Shown here: positions 27,466 through 41,453 of the stretch, piece by piece
Layout of the letters: every line of letters begins with the position of its first letter
Numbering within the stretch: position 1 is the first letter of the stretch
Source: Stegostoma tigrinum
Lineage: Eukaryota
Reading direction: 5' to 3'
DNA length: 64,000 bases
NCBI RefSeq assembly: GCF_030684315.1
Contig: NC_081363.1
Span: forward strand, 53,882,312 to 53,946,311
Made by a program: the position numbers and the translations under genes
Notes under the pieces: model-generated
What the model saw: the letters and a program-made list of their open reading frames with translations, nothing else
What the model was told of the DNA's origin: nothing
Databases searched by the model: none

Positions 27466-27800
27466 TTTAAAAATTCATTCACAGGATGAGGGCATCGCTG
27501 ACCTGGCAGCATTTATTGCCCATCCTTAATTGCCCAGATTGCAATTCAGAGTCAACCTACATCACATGTAGGCCAGACCAGATGAGGATAGCAGTTCCCT
27601 TCTCTAAAGGGAACCAGATGGGTTTTTCCTGACAATTGACAATGGATTCATGGCCATCATTAGATTCTTAATTCCAGATATTTTATTGAATTCACATTCC
27701 ACCATCTGCCATAGTGGGATTTGAACCCAGGTCCCCAGGACATTATCTGGGTGTCTGGATTGACAGTTTAGTGATAAGACCACTCGGTCATAGCCTCCCG
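27466..27800 (-). mobile_element. SacSINE1/DeuSINE-like tRNA SINE
   Basis: Antisense of gggagg...ggttcaaatcccactatggcagatgg...gggcaattaaggatgggcaataaatgctg...aatgaattt, matching the recalled shark SINE layout. Confidence 0.8.
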
Positions 27801-28289
27801 TAAATGTTACTCATGTAACGTCTTTGATATTGTTGGTACCCAGATACTTAGGATTTAATTCCAAAACTGGACCTCCACAGCATTCTGTTCCTATTGCTTT
27901 TCATGCATGTGTCTGAAGTGTTTACTGGCTCTATGTGGATGCAGGGCATCTCTCTTTCAGTTCATCAAGCCCAGCAAGACCTCCGGTGCAGCAAACTTTG
28001 GATGTTGCTTTCTCCCATCTGTGTGGCATTCTCCCAGTTCAGATTAATTTCCTTACATGTCTCCCAGCACGAAATCCAGCCATTGTTACCTTCTGTTTAA
28101 GAGCAACAGGTTGCATTAACTCTAGCCACACTTGAGGTTGGGTGCAACCAATGAAAAGCTTGGCTCATGTTGATTGAATGATGCTGCTATTATTGAAACA
28201 AGAATACAGCATGAAGTTAGTGTGCTGCCTGATCAAAATCAATATGTCCAGGTTCACGGTGCTTTGCAATCCCCACATCTAATCCCTGC

Positions 28290-29040
28290 AAAAGTTGTTC
28301 ATTTTGACAGGAAGAGGTTTAATACGAAAAAAATCACATCTTAAAGGGAAAATGACTGCAGAATTGAGGCGCAGAGGGATTTGGATTTTCCAATTCAGGA
28401 TTCAAAAAAGCTAGTTTTCAGCTACAGCATTTCATTACAAAGGCTAATGGTGTGCCATTTCATGAGTAATTCAACGTAAAATAAGATGTTAATCTTCAGG
28501 CCTTAGTGAGATCAAATCTCATGCAATTTTGACTTTTTTATTGTAAGAATGGTTTAATAGAAGAATGGCATTATAGGTGGTTTAGAAAAAGGTTTCTAGT
28601 TTGATATCTGGCATAAGCAAGTTCTCTTATGAAGATAAATTGTAGAGGCTGGGTTTTTGTTTTCTGCACTGGAGTTTTAGAAGAGTGAGGGGCTATTCAA
28701 TTGAAGTGTACAAAATCTCAATCTTTCTCGACACAGTTGTTGTGAAAGGGAGGTATCTTCTGGTTGGTCATTTTAGAAGTGTTTTAAAATTAGAGGTTGC
28801 CTTCTCAGGACAGAGAGATTAAGAATGTTTTCTCTCAGCAGATGATGCAAATTTGGAACTCTGTCTCAGAAGGTAGGGAAGGCAAAGTGGCTGAATATTT
28901 TTAAGGGAGAGGTGGATAGATTATTGTTAGCAAAGGGAATCAAGGATTATTTAGGGTAGGTTGGAATGTGGAATTTGAAACAGACACAGGGCAGCCACAT
29001 TTTTTTGGATAATGGTATGGACTTGAAAGACTCTTATTTT
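28290..29040 (+). mobile_element. Highly decayed CR1 3' part
   Basis: Contains ctggagttttagaagagtgagggg...attgaagtgtacaaaat, ttttctctcag...tttggaactc and aagggaatcaaggattat. Confidence 0.7.
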
Positions 29041-29279
29041 GTATGGCTTCCATGTAATATCAAATATGACTTCCAAACATCTAAATACCAGATCTGAGAG
29101 GGAAAAATTGATGACCAGGCTCTCCAACTGCAGAATATATGTTCTGCAGGGCCAGGTGTACACTTTCATTTGGGACCAGTTTATTCCAAAAGCTGTATAG
29201 GAATAGTAAATGGCTTTAAAAGAATGAACTCTTTTGTTAATTATTCACAGTGATATTTTGTTTTTGAGGATTAAGAACC

Positions 29280-29678
29280 TGGGGACAGTATCATAACTGT
29301 AACGCTACTGAATCAGTAATCTAGAGACTTAGATAAAAGATCCAGAAACAAGCTCCAATCTAATGACAAAGTCAAGGGGAATTTAAATTCAATAAAATCA
29401 ATAAGTCTAGTAGAAAATATGATTCAATAATAGCCATGAAACTACTAGATTGTCTTTAAAAGAAGCCTTCTTTACTAATGTCTATTAGGGAAGGAAATCT
29501 GTTGACCTTACTCATGCAATTTGGACTGAAAACCTAAAAATGAGGATATAATTGATTATTTTTCTTCTGACAGTTCTGATTTACCAGATTCACAATTACC
29601 TTCAAAAGAAAACAGTAAGGAAATAAATGTGCTGGCCCAGCCACGAATGCCTACATCCCTGTGAGAAAATAAGAAAAG
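29280..29678 (+). mobile_element. Decayed SacSINE1-like SINE
   Basis: Contains actaatgtctattagggaaggaaatctg and the tail aataaatgtgctggcccagccacgaatgcctacatccc. Confidence 0.7.
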
Positions 29679-30336
29679 CTATAATTTTGCCAGCAATGGT
29701 AAGAGATTCTACTTAAGGCGATATATTCAGTTTGATTGGATGCTATGAACTTATTAACTTGGTCTTTGTTGGAGCACAAAAAGAGTTATTTGAGCAGAAA
29801 ATAGTTTTAATCTATTTACCTTTGCAAGCAAGCAGTTAAAATAAAAATTGAATGTCTTAAAGATAGATTTTGCTAATGTACCTTGTTTTTAATAAAATAT
29901 ACTTTCAAGGATTTCATGTGTTACATTTATACAATATCGCTATGCTTCCTGCCAGTTAGATTGCTTTGGGTTTGCAAATTGCTTATGGAGAAATCTGTTG
30001 GCTGCCTTCATGTACGCTACATAAATTCCGATAGGTTTTGCTGTTTTAAGTAACTGATGCATAGAATTAATCAATCCACTACAAGCCGTTGATTATTTCA
30101 CCATGGCAATACAAGTATTAAAATGGCCAAGGAACCAATGATTATGAGGGGACAGGAAGCATGTCGGTTCTAAATCCTCTTGTAAAGACTGATGCCTTTT
30201 GACCTTGTACTTTTTAAAAATTGTGGACAGAAATGAGGAAGAACTGTTTTGAAAAAAAAGTTAAAGATTTGCTGCATGTTTTGAAAAGGATGTAATCTGA
30301 CATTCATGGTAAGCAATATGTAAATTACTGCTTGTA

Positions 30337-30517
30337 CAAGCAGCCCTTGGGTTGTGAACTCTGTTCCTAAATCTGTTTACAAGCCAATCTGTTCGCAAGT
30401 CAAAACAATGTAAGACGATTCAAAGCAACTGTTTGTAAGTACAGGAATCGTTCATATGCCAGGCCTTTAAAATTGCACCCCTGTAAAGGATCATGTTCAC
30501 AAATCAGGAGGCCCTTG
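30337..30517. mobile_element. Tigger/pogo-like MITE
   Basis: Imperfect ~23-bp TIRs caagcagcccttgggttgtgaac / gttcacaaatcaggaggcccttg, with TA on the left flank and TTA on the right. Confidence 0.6.
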
Positions 30518-31845
30518 TTATTAAAGCTTGGATTGCATTCAAATTGTTGCCAAGGGATTGTGTACGGATGCAGCTCTGTTTGTTAACAAGAAGTTGATTG
30601 GTCTATAGACTAGTGATCAGCTATTGATGACAAAATCCAACAACAGTGATTGGTTCTCAGGCAATGGAACAGCTTGGGACTGTGAAAAAGGTAAAAGTGA
30701 TTTGAGGTCTTCTACCTCAGAAGTGGTCTCTGTTCTCTGCAGTCAAAGTCTAAACTTGAAGTTAAACTGCCTATCTGTCCTCCACCAGTTGTTATAAATT
30801 GTTTTTCAAAATTGCAATGTCAGAAGCCTTTTACAAGTGGAGCAGCCATGTGACTCTTATGAACCAATGGAAGCATCCAGGCAAAGACAACAGGAAAGCA
30901 ATGTTCTGACCAGCATAAGAATCATAAAGATCATCAGACCATCAGATAAATGGGAGTAACAGAAACTGCCTTGCCAGTTTTCCTGCAACCATAATGTGTA
31001 TGCTTGCCTTGAATAGAATTATGTGGTTCCAGTCAGTTTTGGAAACCATTCAATAAGTAACTTTGTTTTTGCTAAAATAAATGAGACAGGTGTTCAGGAA
31101 ACACCACAAATGATTTGACTAACAATTGCCATGAATTTTCTTGAATTTACATCCCTTAGCATACATTGCTGAGTTCAAATCACAATTCAGAGTCAAATTG
31201 TCTTTGCTTATTACTTACTTCACATTGGATTATGACTTGAACCAGTTTCTGTAAAAATAATGAAATAGATTAAGCCCATTGCAGGGCATTGACATTGGGA
31301 AAGTCTCTTCAAGAAAATCATGCTATTTTTCCCCCCCAAACAGACAGCCTTGATGAAATCAACTGAGCCTCTCTTCAAGGTCTTAAGAGATCAATGCAGC
31401 TGGGAGCAGATTGCTTCTTCAGGTAACATATTTGTCCTCTTTTGGCTGCCAGACAGGTGACTACAGTTTCAAATCCCATGGCTGATGGTCACTTGATTTG
31501 AATTGGTTTGTGAGAATTTAACCAACTGTTTGTGGTCCACTAGATGGAGCACAAGATGTTTGTCTCAAGGGAGTAGATACTTAATTTTGCTCAATTCTTC
31601 TGAATGTCGATCACCAATTTTCCAATTTGGTCCCCAGATGAGTCAGAAAAACGATATCAAGGACAGATAATGAAAGAATAGGCAGAATTAACGAATTAAA
31701 TAATACGTCAAAATAATGGGAAGGGGATTATGTTGGACCGGTCCCTGAGTCATTCCCTAAACATCTGCAGCAGCACCACCAACAAAAAGGAAGCTTTTTG
31801 ATCTGGCAATGAGTTACAATTTAAAGAAATGTTAAATCTTAGTGC

Positions 31846-31998
31846 AGAGATAGCAAGAACTGTAGATGCTGGAGTCAGAGATAATACAGTGTGGAGCTGG
31901 AGGAACACAGCAGGCAAGGCAGCATCTGAGGAACAGAACATCAACTTTCCTGCTCCTCTGATGCCATCTGGCCTGCTGTGTTCCTTCAGCTCAACACT
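31846..31998. mobile_element. PLE-derived fold-back mini-element
   Basis: Inverted arms cagtgtggagctggaggaacacagcagg / cctgctgtgttccttcagctcaacactg. Confidence 0.75.
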
Positions 31999-32849
31999 GC
32001 ATTGGCGCAAACCCTAGAGCAACACACATTGGGCATTCTGTTAAAAACAGAAATGAGCTGCGGTAAGGGCTGACCAATGGGCAGGTTGCTCATGTAAATG
32101 TCTGAATGAGGCTGCGTGGCTACAAAGAACAGTGGAGACTTCTTTCATACAACAGCACTCCATGAGAACATTGTCAAAAGTGTACTGTGGTACCAGAACA
32201 AATGACCAAAAGCTTAGTCAAAGGATAGATTTTAAGTATTGTCATCAAAAAAAAATGAGACAGAGATGGATTGTGACAGAACAAGAAATTTCGGGCTGAG
32301 ACAACTGAAAACATGGCTGACAAAGCTGCAGTTGAGAGATTGAGGATGAGCAGGATGTCCCAGCTGGACGGCGAGAGAAATCCCAAAAATTGCAGGGCCA
32401 GAAGAGGTTAGAAAAGTTGCTCCTGCATTCTAGCTTTCCCTCAGATTTCGTTTCCTGATCATATCCCACTTGTTGGCCAGTGGCAGAAAAGCAAACAGTT
32501 AAAAAATCACAAGTCAAATTAATTAGGTTAATGGTAATGGTCTACATCCAAAGAAAAACCTGAAGTAGCCCTAGTGGTAAACAAATGATTTAGACCTAGT
32601 TTTTGAGCAAGAGGATATTTATTTCAAGCTAGACAGAGCGCTGAATGTTATTTAATTATCAGATCATGAACATGGTTGAGAAAACACCAGCTGCAGCTGA
32701 CAAAAGTACAATTATGTGGCCCTGTAGGTATGCTACTTTTGATTAAGGTATGCAATGAGAAACTCTCCAATATATGGGATGCCAGATCATAGAAAACTAA
32801 TGTGAATTTCAGAACCAAGATTCCTCATTTGAATGGGAATGTGCATTTT

Positions 32850-35230
32850 GCTCTCAATCTTTTTAAAATAGGTGCGGTGATTGAGGAAGTTAAACAGCAA
32901 CAGTTTAAAAAAACTTTCAAGCTAGAATGCCTAAAGCTATTTAAAGGGTTAGGAAAACTACATGGAATATATCACCCTGTAGCTCAGCGTTAAACTATTA
33001 TAACTCAATAACATTACAATTCTACATAGTTTAACAAAACATGACAGGAAAAAGCAAACTTACCAAGATAAAATAGGTGTAATTTTCCTTGTCACAAAAC
33101 TAATTGGTGCTTGGGGATGGCTATTTACCCAAACATAACGACTCCTTCCGCATTTTTGCTGATTTTACTCAGGTCAAGAAGGTAGTGGTGAGAGAAGTTC
33201 ACCCTATTTTTGTGGCTAACAAGAGTAATGCTAAATTATCCCAAAGTAGAGTTTTCTCAAAATCTGGTGCAAATAGTAGATTCTGGTACATGTCATTGGA
33301 AAAGCAATCAGGGTTGCTTGCCACATTCATTACTCAATTTGGGAAATTTTACTTTCATGGACAATCATTTGGAATTGTTTCAGTGTCAGAAACTTTTCAA
33401 TCGACTCTCTCAATATTTTACAAGGTCTTCAATATACCATCTGCGACATGTAGAACATTGATACATAGGCAAATAGTCAAGGACCATGATCAGAGAGTGC
33501 ACTAACAAAACATTTACAACTAGAAAGGCTCAGCCTTAATGAGAAGTCTGAATTTTCTAAAGAATCAATTCACTTCATGGGACACATTGTCAACAATAGT
33601 AAAATAAACTTAGACATTGCAGGAGACTAAAACCATTAAGGAGTTTGTCATTCTTAAGTTAGTTAGTGACTGTCAAAGATTCTTAGGAATGATGAACCAG
33701 TTGGCAAAAGATTTACTTTGTTTGATAACTATAACAGAGCCTTTGAAACAACACAAGGATGTTGGGAACCACGATAAGAGGATGCTTTTCAGGGGATCCA
33801 GGACATGTTTGTAGGTATGTTAGCTCACTGCAATCTAGCCTTTGCAATCATTGTAGTGGCTGATGCTTCAGCAATAGGCTTAGGAGCAGTGTTCTTTCAA
33901 GAGCTACCAGATGGTCTATTACACAGGAACATTATAATACCATGATTCAGGTAGAGCTGTTTAGTTTACAGGAGATTTTAACAGGTTTTCAGAATATATT
34001 TTAGACCTTCAGCAGCTCAGCTTGAAAGTGGTCATAACAATACAGCATAAGCCTTTAGCTGCTCTACTAGATGAGGAAGAATAAGCAAAGATAACCAAGG
34101 GTACAGAGATTTGCTTGTGAAACAATATGAACTGGATACAGTGGAAAATGTAGATGTGCTCTCCAGTACATTGGTCAATAGCATTATCAGGCATGACATT
34201 GAGTTTGTTTCAGGAATTGAGTGGTATATTTCAAAGTCCAAGGTGACACATAGCCAGAAAGCCACAATTAGCCTATTACACTAGAACAGGAGCAAGTCAG
34301 AGAACAAGAATGACTCACCATCAAATATTGGAGGGAAAGGTAAAAAATCCAGCCTGTTGAGTATGAAAACTTATTTGGAGCAAGGACAGCATTGTACAAA
34401 CATGGAAAACTTACTGACAATGACTGGTCATTCCAGCTTCACATCAGGAAGATATCCTTGAGAATCATCGAGTGTAGAGCTAGAACATGGCAGCAATGTG
34501 ACAACCTGCTGTATGGAAGGTACTTGAAAAGCTCATAGCTATTGAGAAACTTATAGTATCCACAAAACTAGAGCTGCAGGAATCACTGATACCCAAAACA
34601 TTTCCCCTTCAGACTGAGGGAGCCAATGGACAGAGACCTATTCGTACTGATGGTAAGTCTGAACTTATTGCCATCAATTATGTCTTTTGACAGATAGAAA
34701 TCCAAAAGTTGAGCCTCACAATTATGGATGATGTTGTGTGAGTTTTTTAAATGAGATAATTACAACACATGGTATCCCTGAGGGAGTCATTGGAGACAAC
34801 TGAATGCTATTTTCTAATGAGTGCTTCAGTCATTTAGCAGCTAGTTCTGGATTTGAACATGTAACAAGCTCACTGAAGTACCCACAATCAAGGCCAAGTG
34901 TGAGGTCTGGCAGTGAAGACTGAAAAATGCTCACGTACATATACCAGTACTAAATTATAGCTACCCCTTCCAAATGTATTCCTGCACCAGAGCTGATGAT
35001 GGGCAGGAAGCTGAAAACTCAATGCCATATCCTACTAATCAGAGTGACTTATGTTTATGCTCACAGGACTATTAGGTCAGACACAACTAGGCTTTATCAT
35101 GCAAAGTGGTTGGCACACTTGAGCCATGGGAAATGTGCATGGATAAGGCATGTTATCTGGAAATATACAGTCATCCAATGAGCTGCTGATTTTATTTTGT
35201 CTGAACTGGCAAAGGAGTCAAATAAGGTTT
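32850..35230 (+). mobile_element. Decayed Ty3/Gypsy pol remnant (RT, RNase H, integrase order)
   Basis: Encodes KLFKGLGKL, RIFADFTQVKKVVVREVHP, FSKSGANSRFW, TFITQFGKFYF...FGIVSVSETFQ, QRFLGMMNQLAK, VVADASAIGLGAVFFQ, HKPL, HGIPEGVIGDN and HVTSSLKYPQS. Confidence 0.85.
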
Positions 35231-36171
35231 TCGCAGAAACCTTAATCCATTGGAGATTGATTTTCTATCACTGCTTGATTGATAAGTTCCAAATGAGCAA
35301 CTTGACAATGCAATGGATCCCATCAACAAGAAATGACCCAGTCAACCCTAAATAGGTTAATACTGAGAAGATCCATAAGTGCCACCCAGTCTGAGACTAT
35401 CAAATGGATTTGTGGGCAATACAGCTGAGGATCTCAGATTTGTGAGACATATCATCCAGGTTCTCCTTGTCTATTTGCACTTTTCTTTGCCGGGATTTAA
35501 ACTCTCAGCCTCCAGGTTACTAATCAGCACAAACTGTACACAGGCCTGCCACTTGGGGAGGTGCAGAATTGATTTAATTCAACATAAAACAATTAAGCAA
35601 AAGATTTCTATTGTGAAAATCTTCTGGCAACATCATTACAAGTAATGTTCCTCCTGTTCTATCAGAGTGTATAGAAAACACTGGCAATCCTTTGATTGAG
35701 ACATTGTTACGAATATATAGTAATCAAATTAAACATCTCTGCAGATTAACTACAGGAGGTGTGGCTGATTCTCCTGAAATCTCTCTGATCTGCCTGGCAA
35801 CATCCCAGAGACAGCTGGAAGGTGTATACACAAGACTTGGGCTGAATCACTAGGCTAATCAATGAGCAAACCTTTCTGGTTTGTCTTCTGGGCTTATTTT
35901 TGTAATCTGCACCAAAATGTTTTGTCCAGGTGATAAAAGTGTGCAAAGCAAGCATAATCTTCCCCGGTAATGCAGGAAATTGAATGTGCTCAACCTCCTC
36001 CAACCAGGGAAAACCAGCAGGCACCTTTATATAGTTGGCTTAGCTTTATGTTTACCTGCTATTCATTGGAACTTTCAAAATTAAAAATCTACAATAGATA
36101 TTTTCAGATAGATACTTAAGATGTTATAATGTGGCTATTTGTTTTACAATTTCAAACCCGACACTAGAACA

Positions 36172-36272
36172 TGTTCTGAAAAAGCGTCTAGGCCCGATAT
36201 GTCAGTCTTCCTGCTCCTCTGATGCTGTTTGGCCTTCTGTGTTCATCCAGCTCTACACCTTGATGTCTCTTT
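36172..36272 (+). mobile_element. PLE-derived mini-element with 9-bp TSD
   Basis: It starts with ttctgaaaaagcgtctaggcccgatatgtcag (decayed hammerhead). The TSD actagaaca lies at 36163-36171 and 36273-36281. Confidence 0.8.
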
Positions 36273-37426
36273 ACTAGAACACATAAATCACTTTATCCAA
36301 ATAATAATCTACCTTCAAAGTATATATGCAGAATAGGTAGCTGCTATTGTCACATATATGCACCTTTGGTTCATTTGTGCTTCTGCAGAGAAAGGTAATA
36401 GTTTTCTAGCAGAAAAGAAACACTTTAAGCTGAAGGATTTCCAAAACATCTCACTGACTCTAGAAGTATTTTTGCTCAATTACCTCTGAGAATGAGGTAG
36501 AAAATTTATATTTTCTCTTCTTACAAGTTCTATCCCTCTCACAGAAAACAAAAATCTATCAGGCAGTGCCTGCAGCTTTATGTTTGACATGGGTTAGTTG
36601 AAGAGGAACACATGATGGGTTGAGTAACATTTCATAGTTCGCATTTTATTACATTTATATATTTTACGACGAGCTGCAAGCCCTAAACACAACAAAATTG
36701 TCACATCAAAACATGCCTGCACTAAAAATGAACTGCTGCTCAGGCTGGCTGCTCGTGACAGACATATGTAACTTTCTGCTTGAAGGAGTGGGTCTTATAC
36801 AGCCTGCCACTACCCACTGAAAAAGATTGATTTTAAGAGGTACGGGTGAGGCACAATGCAGTTATGCTTCTCGCCCACTAATATTCACTGTCGTGGCTGA
36901 TTTGTTCTGATTTTTCCTTGTGGCCATCACCATGCTAGCAGTAGAAGTCTTATCTAAATTGAAAACCTGTCTGTTATTATGAAGTGAGTTTGCACTCATT
37001 TTAATTATAGCATTCATAGAGGCACATCCCATGGTCTGAATTCAATGCATGTAAAAGTTCAGACTGTTCCTTTATAGCAACTATTGGCGTAACCTATTAT
37101 CTCTCTGATTTTTGCATTCCTTTAGTGTTTCAAGCCTCTGTACTTCATTTCTGTCAGTTAGTTTCGCTAGTGTCATGCCGAAAATTAAAGCAATGTTTCA
37201 ATATACAAAGACGTTTTTGCTTATCCTTGCTCGACTCTGACCTTCTCCAATAGGAAAGCTGTCTTCTATGGATACAGGCTATCATTTGGAAAGAGGCATG
37301 AAGCCTACAAGGGAATGAGAAAAGATGTAAGCATTTCATGGTCTCATACAGTTTCAATTACACCTTGCTACAAATAAGTTTCAGTTCAATATGGAATTGA
37401 GGGAGCAGGAGGACCCAGTGGCACTA

Positions 37427-37428
<2 letters not shown>

Positions 37429-37462
<34 letters not shown>
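37429..37462 (+). repeat. (GA)17 microsatellite
   Basis: Perfect GA dinucleotide run. Confidence 0.95.
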
Positions 37463-37464
<2 letters not shown>

Positions 37465-37729
37465 ATGTAAGTCAAACTTTCTTCTCTTCTTCTTGCACCA
37501 GGACTGAAATAACAGGAAAGCCATAAGTTGATTTGTCGCTGAATGGCTGGCTTTCGGGACTGTTTCAACTCTAGTAAATTTTGAAAAACAAATTTTGTGA
37601 TTGGTGCAGTAAAAGAAAAAAAATAGAAGACAGAGAGCTGATTCACTAATTGGGAAGAATTTCTAATTTGTACTCATCTCTAGTTTTGAGTTAGTGGTGC
37701 AAAAGTAAGTTAGAACAATTAAAATTCCA

Positions 37730-38640
37730 GCAAGTAATGGAACTTAAAAAGTATGAGTTTAGTAAAGGAGGTCAGCTGAATGCAGAAAGCCCATTCTGTG
37801 GAATACAGCCTCTTGTGAATATTCCATGTGTACACAATAAGGCCATGTGCAGAAGTGGGAAGCTACATAAGCTTGAAAACTCGGTCTCAGAGCTTGGAGC
37901 TAGAGTCACTGAGGTCCACTATGAAGCTGAGATCTGTGTAGATAGTACAGTCAGGAAGGTAGCTGAAACACAATTTGGGGTCAAGCAAGCAGATAGGGAA
38001 TGAATGATTACCAGGTTCTCCAAGAAAAATAAGAAGGTAGTGCAGATGTTTCCAGAGATCTCATTCACTAACAAGTTTTCCATTTTGTTTATCAATGAAG
38101 GTGATGAATCCTTGACCAAAGCCCATGACGGCATTGTGACCCAGCTGTACAGGAGGAAAGGAAGAAAAGTGGAAAGTCAGTACTAACAGCAAATTATTTA
38201 TTGAGGGCAACAGATGGTGTTTCTGCAGTCGTTAACATGATTCTAGATGGCTTGTTGCCTCAATCGTCTTAGAATCAAGGGTGTAAATGAATGGCTGTAG
38301 GACATTCTCCTGGATGATGCTGGTTAGCTAAAGGCCATGATCTATGCAGTTACCAATGACATGGGTAGGAAGGGGAATGTGGTTGTGTAGTCAGAATTTA
38401 GGCAGCTCGGATGAAAATTAGCAAGCAGGATTTGTAAAGTGGTAATCTTCAGATTACTCCCAGTGCCACATGGAAGTGAGTACAGAAATAGGAAATTAAG
38501 ACAGATGAACACATGCCTGGAAGGATGGCTCAGGAGGGAGGGTTTAGGTTCTGGACACAGGGATTGGGTCTAGCGGAAGATACACCTGTATGAGCCTGAC
38601 AGACTACATCAGAACAGAGGCAAGGACAGAGTTTCCCACA
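37730..38640 (+). mobile_element. Decayed CR1 ORF1 (Cys-rich/coiled-coil plus SGNH esterase-like region)
   Basis: Contains CRSGKLHKLENSVSEL, a TNDMG motif (gttaccaatgacatgggt), gattactcccagtgcca (LLPVP) and aggagggagggtttaggtt, all typical of CR1 ORF1. Confidence 0.65.
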
Positions 38641-38689
38641 GGATCATTTTCACAGAATACTAGAATATATGGCTAAAAGAACTCAAGCT

Positions 38690-39175
38690 AGCTAGAGTAT
38701 TGTGTACAGTTGTTGGCAGCATACTGTAGGAAAGATATCATTACCTTGCAGATGTGATTGAGAAGAATGGCTTCAGGAATGAGAAACTTCAGTTATGAGG
38801 ATAGCTTGAAGGAATTGGGATTATTTTTCTTGGAGAGAAGAAAACTGAGAGGAGATTTGATAGAGGTTTTCAAAATCATGAATAGGTTGGACAAAGTAGA
38901 GAGGGAGAAACGTGCACTGCAAAATGGATAAAAAGAACAGGAGGATATAGATTTAATGAAACAAGGGTGACGTAATAGAATAAAGAACTTTTTCACAGTT
39001 GAATATGTAGTGCACTGCCTGGAAATGAGGTAGGGGTAGGTTTATTTGAGATATTCAATAGGGCATTGGATAGTTATTAGGATAGGAGACGTGCACAGGG
39101 ATATGGGAAAAAGGCAGGAGAGCGGCATTACAAAACAGAATCAGTACAGCAAAGATAGGCCAAATGACCTCTTTC
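38690..39175 (+). mobile_element. Decayed CR1 3' part
   Basis: ttgggattattttttcttggagagaagaaaactgagaggagatttgatagaggttttcaaaatcatg encodes an LGLF-x-LE-x-R-x-LRGDLIEVFKIM-like motif. Confidence 0.85.
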
Positions 39176-39304
39176 AGCAGCAAAACACTGATTTATCGGT
39201 AGTGCTGTTGAGGGAAATGTAAACTAACTTAGCAGGGATGTGGAAACTAAGAATATTAGAAGCTACAACCACAGAGCACAAAATGCTGAGAGAGGCACAT
39301 AACA

Positions 39305-39547
39305 CTGAAATAGGGACTAGGGGCGATGTCAGAGGTACGTTCTTTACACAGAGAGTGTTGGGTGTGTGGATTGCACTCCCAACAGTGGTAGTGGAGTCAA
39401 ATACTTTTAAGCGACTTTTGGATAGGCAGACGGAGAATAGTAAAATGTAGGGTATGCAGCGCAGTTTGATTTTAATAGGATAACAGGTTGGCACAACATT
39501 GTGGGCCGAAGGGCCTGTACTGTGCTATATTGTTCTATGTTCTATGT
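39305..39547 (+). mobile_element. CR1 3' end
   Basis: Encodes FFTQRVLGVWIALP and has the tail tgttctatgttctatgt. Confidence 0.85.
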
Positions 39548-39614
39548 AAGTTAATAAGTAAAGTTAGAGGAAGAGGAAAATGTAATTAAGTTTAAACCAG
39601 GATTACACTGCATG

Positions 39615-40405
39615 TGCCATGGGAGCAAAAACAGGAAGGCTGACCATCATTTGAATGGCTACAAGTAGAGAGAGGAGAATGTGCAACAAGGCCTCATTGA
39701 ATATCGATTGCTGAAAGTAAGTGTGCAGGTACAGGAGGCAGTAAAGAAGGAAATGATACATTGGCCATTATAGTAAGAGAATTTGGTTATCTTGCTCCAA
39801 TCGTACAAGGTGTTAGTAAGACCACACTTGGAATATTGTATGCAGTTTTGTCTCTTTATCCAAGAAAAGATTTTCTTGCTATAAAAGGAATGCAGGGAAA
39901 GTTTACCAGGCTGATTCCTGGGACAGCAAAACTGACCTATGAAGAGAGATTAAATCAATTAGATTTAATGTTAGATCTAAATCAGTTCAGATTGCATTTC
40001 TTGAAGTTTTGTAAAAAGAGGGGTTTCACATAGAAAGCTATGAAATTCGAAGTAGACCAGACAGATTAGATGCAGGAATGATGTTCCCAATGATGGGGGA
40101 GTCCTGAACCAGGGTCACAGTCTAAGGATAGAAGGTAAACAATTTAGGAATAAAATAAGGAGAAATTACTTCACTTAGAGTGATGAGCTGGTGGAATTTG
40201 TCATCACAGAAAACAGTCTGGGCAAAAGCATTGTATGATTTCAAGGAGGAATTCGATATTGCTTTTAGGACTAAAGGGTCCAAAGAATATGGGGAAATGT
40301 GGGAATAGGGTACTGAGCTGAATGATCAGCCATGGCCATAAAGAATGGTGAAGCATGTTCAAAGACCCAAGTGGCCTATCTTTCTATTTTCCATGTTTCT
40401 ACGTG
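39615..40405 (+). mobile_element. Decayed CR1 3' part
   Basis: Encodes MQGKFTRLIPG...LTYEERLNQL and has a 3' UTR gatcagccatggccataaagaatgg with an atgtttct tail. Confidence 0.85.
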
Positions 40406-40479
40406 AATTACAAAGTATTTTTAGTTAGATTTGGGAGTCACAGGCAGAAATTTCCCTGTAGAAATCTGATAATGTGGTT

Positions 40480-41280
40480 ATAACGTAGGCATTAAATATT
40501 CATGACCACAAATTGCTCAGAAAAGACAGGAAATGAAAAAAACGGAGGGATGGTGTTTTGGTTAAGAAGGGAATTGCAATTCTTGAGAAATAGGACATTC
40601 CAGAAGGTTCAAGAGCTGTATCAATTTAGTGAGGTTGAAAGAAGAAGAATGTTAAACTCTGTAAGGAAAATACTGAAGGGTCGAATTACACATATATGCC
40701 TGGTGAATGGCAGTGCAAGTGGCAGTGAGGGACAAGTGTTGGTGTTCCTAGATTGTGTTCAGCAGAATTTCCTTGAGCAGGATTCATCCAGTCCAAAACA
40801 AAAGAAGGCACTGCTAGACCTGGTTCTTGGAAATGAGGTTGTCAAGTGGACAAAATGACATCATGGAACATTTGAGAAACAGTGATATTTTGGTTGTAAG
40901 GTTGAGGATAATGGTAGAAAATTACATTGATCAGTCTAGACTAAGAGTGAATGTCAGTGGGTCAAAAAGAGACCTGGCCTGAACGTACCAAATGCAAAAG
41001 ATGGCAGGCAAATCAGCAGCTAAACTGGCTACCAGCAAACAGGAAATGATATGGGCACAGTCAAGGTATATCTGCTCAAAAGGAAAGGTAAGATGAACAA
41101 ATCAGAGCACCCTGGATGACGAGGGAAGGAGAACTTAAGTTAAAGAAGGAAAAGTGTAGTTAGGACATGTGTCAGGAAGTTACTTGAAAACCAAACTGAA
41201 TGCAGAAGGGATGTGGAAAAGCAAATAGAAGAAGCAAAATAAAGACTATTGTGCAAGCAGGGTAATATGAAATCCCCAAG
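40480..41280 (+). mobile_element. Decayed CR1 ORF2 endonuclease fragment
   Basis: FLDCVQQNFLEQ...P...ALLDLVLGNE is an APE C-terminal motif. Confidence 0.8.
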
Positions 41281-41453
41281 TCTGAGCAGATATCATCCTC
41301 TGTGATTGGATAAAGTAAGCTTGATCATTAACTGGTGGATTGACGGCAGAAAAGCAGTAAGAGAAATCTTTACTACAACTCCTTTTATTATGGACATCTT
41401 GCCTAACCCTCAAATAATTTCTACGATAGCAGAACAGTAAAAAAAAACTTCAA

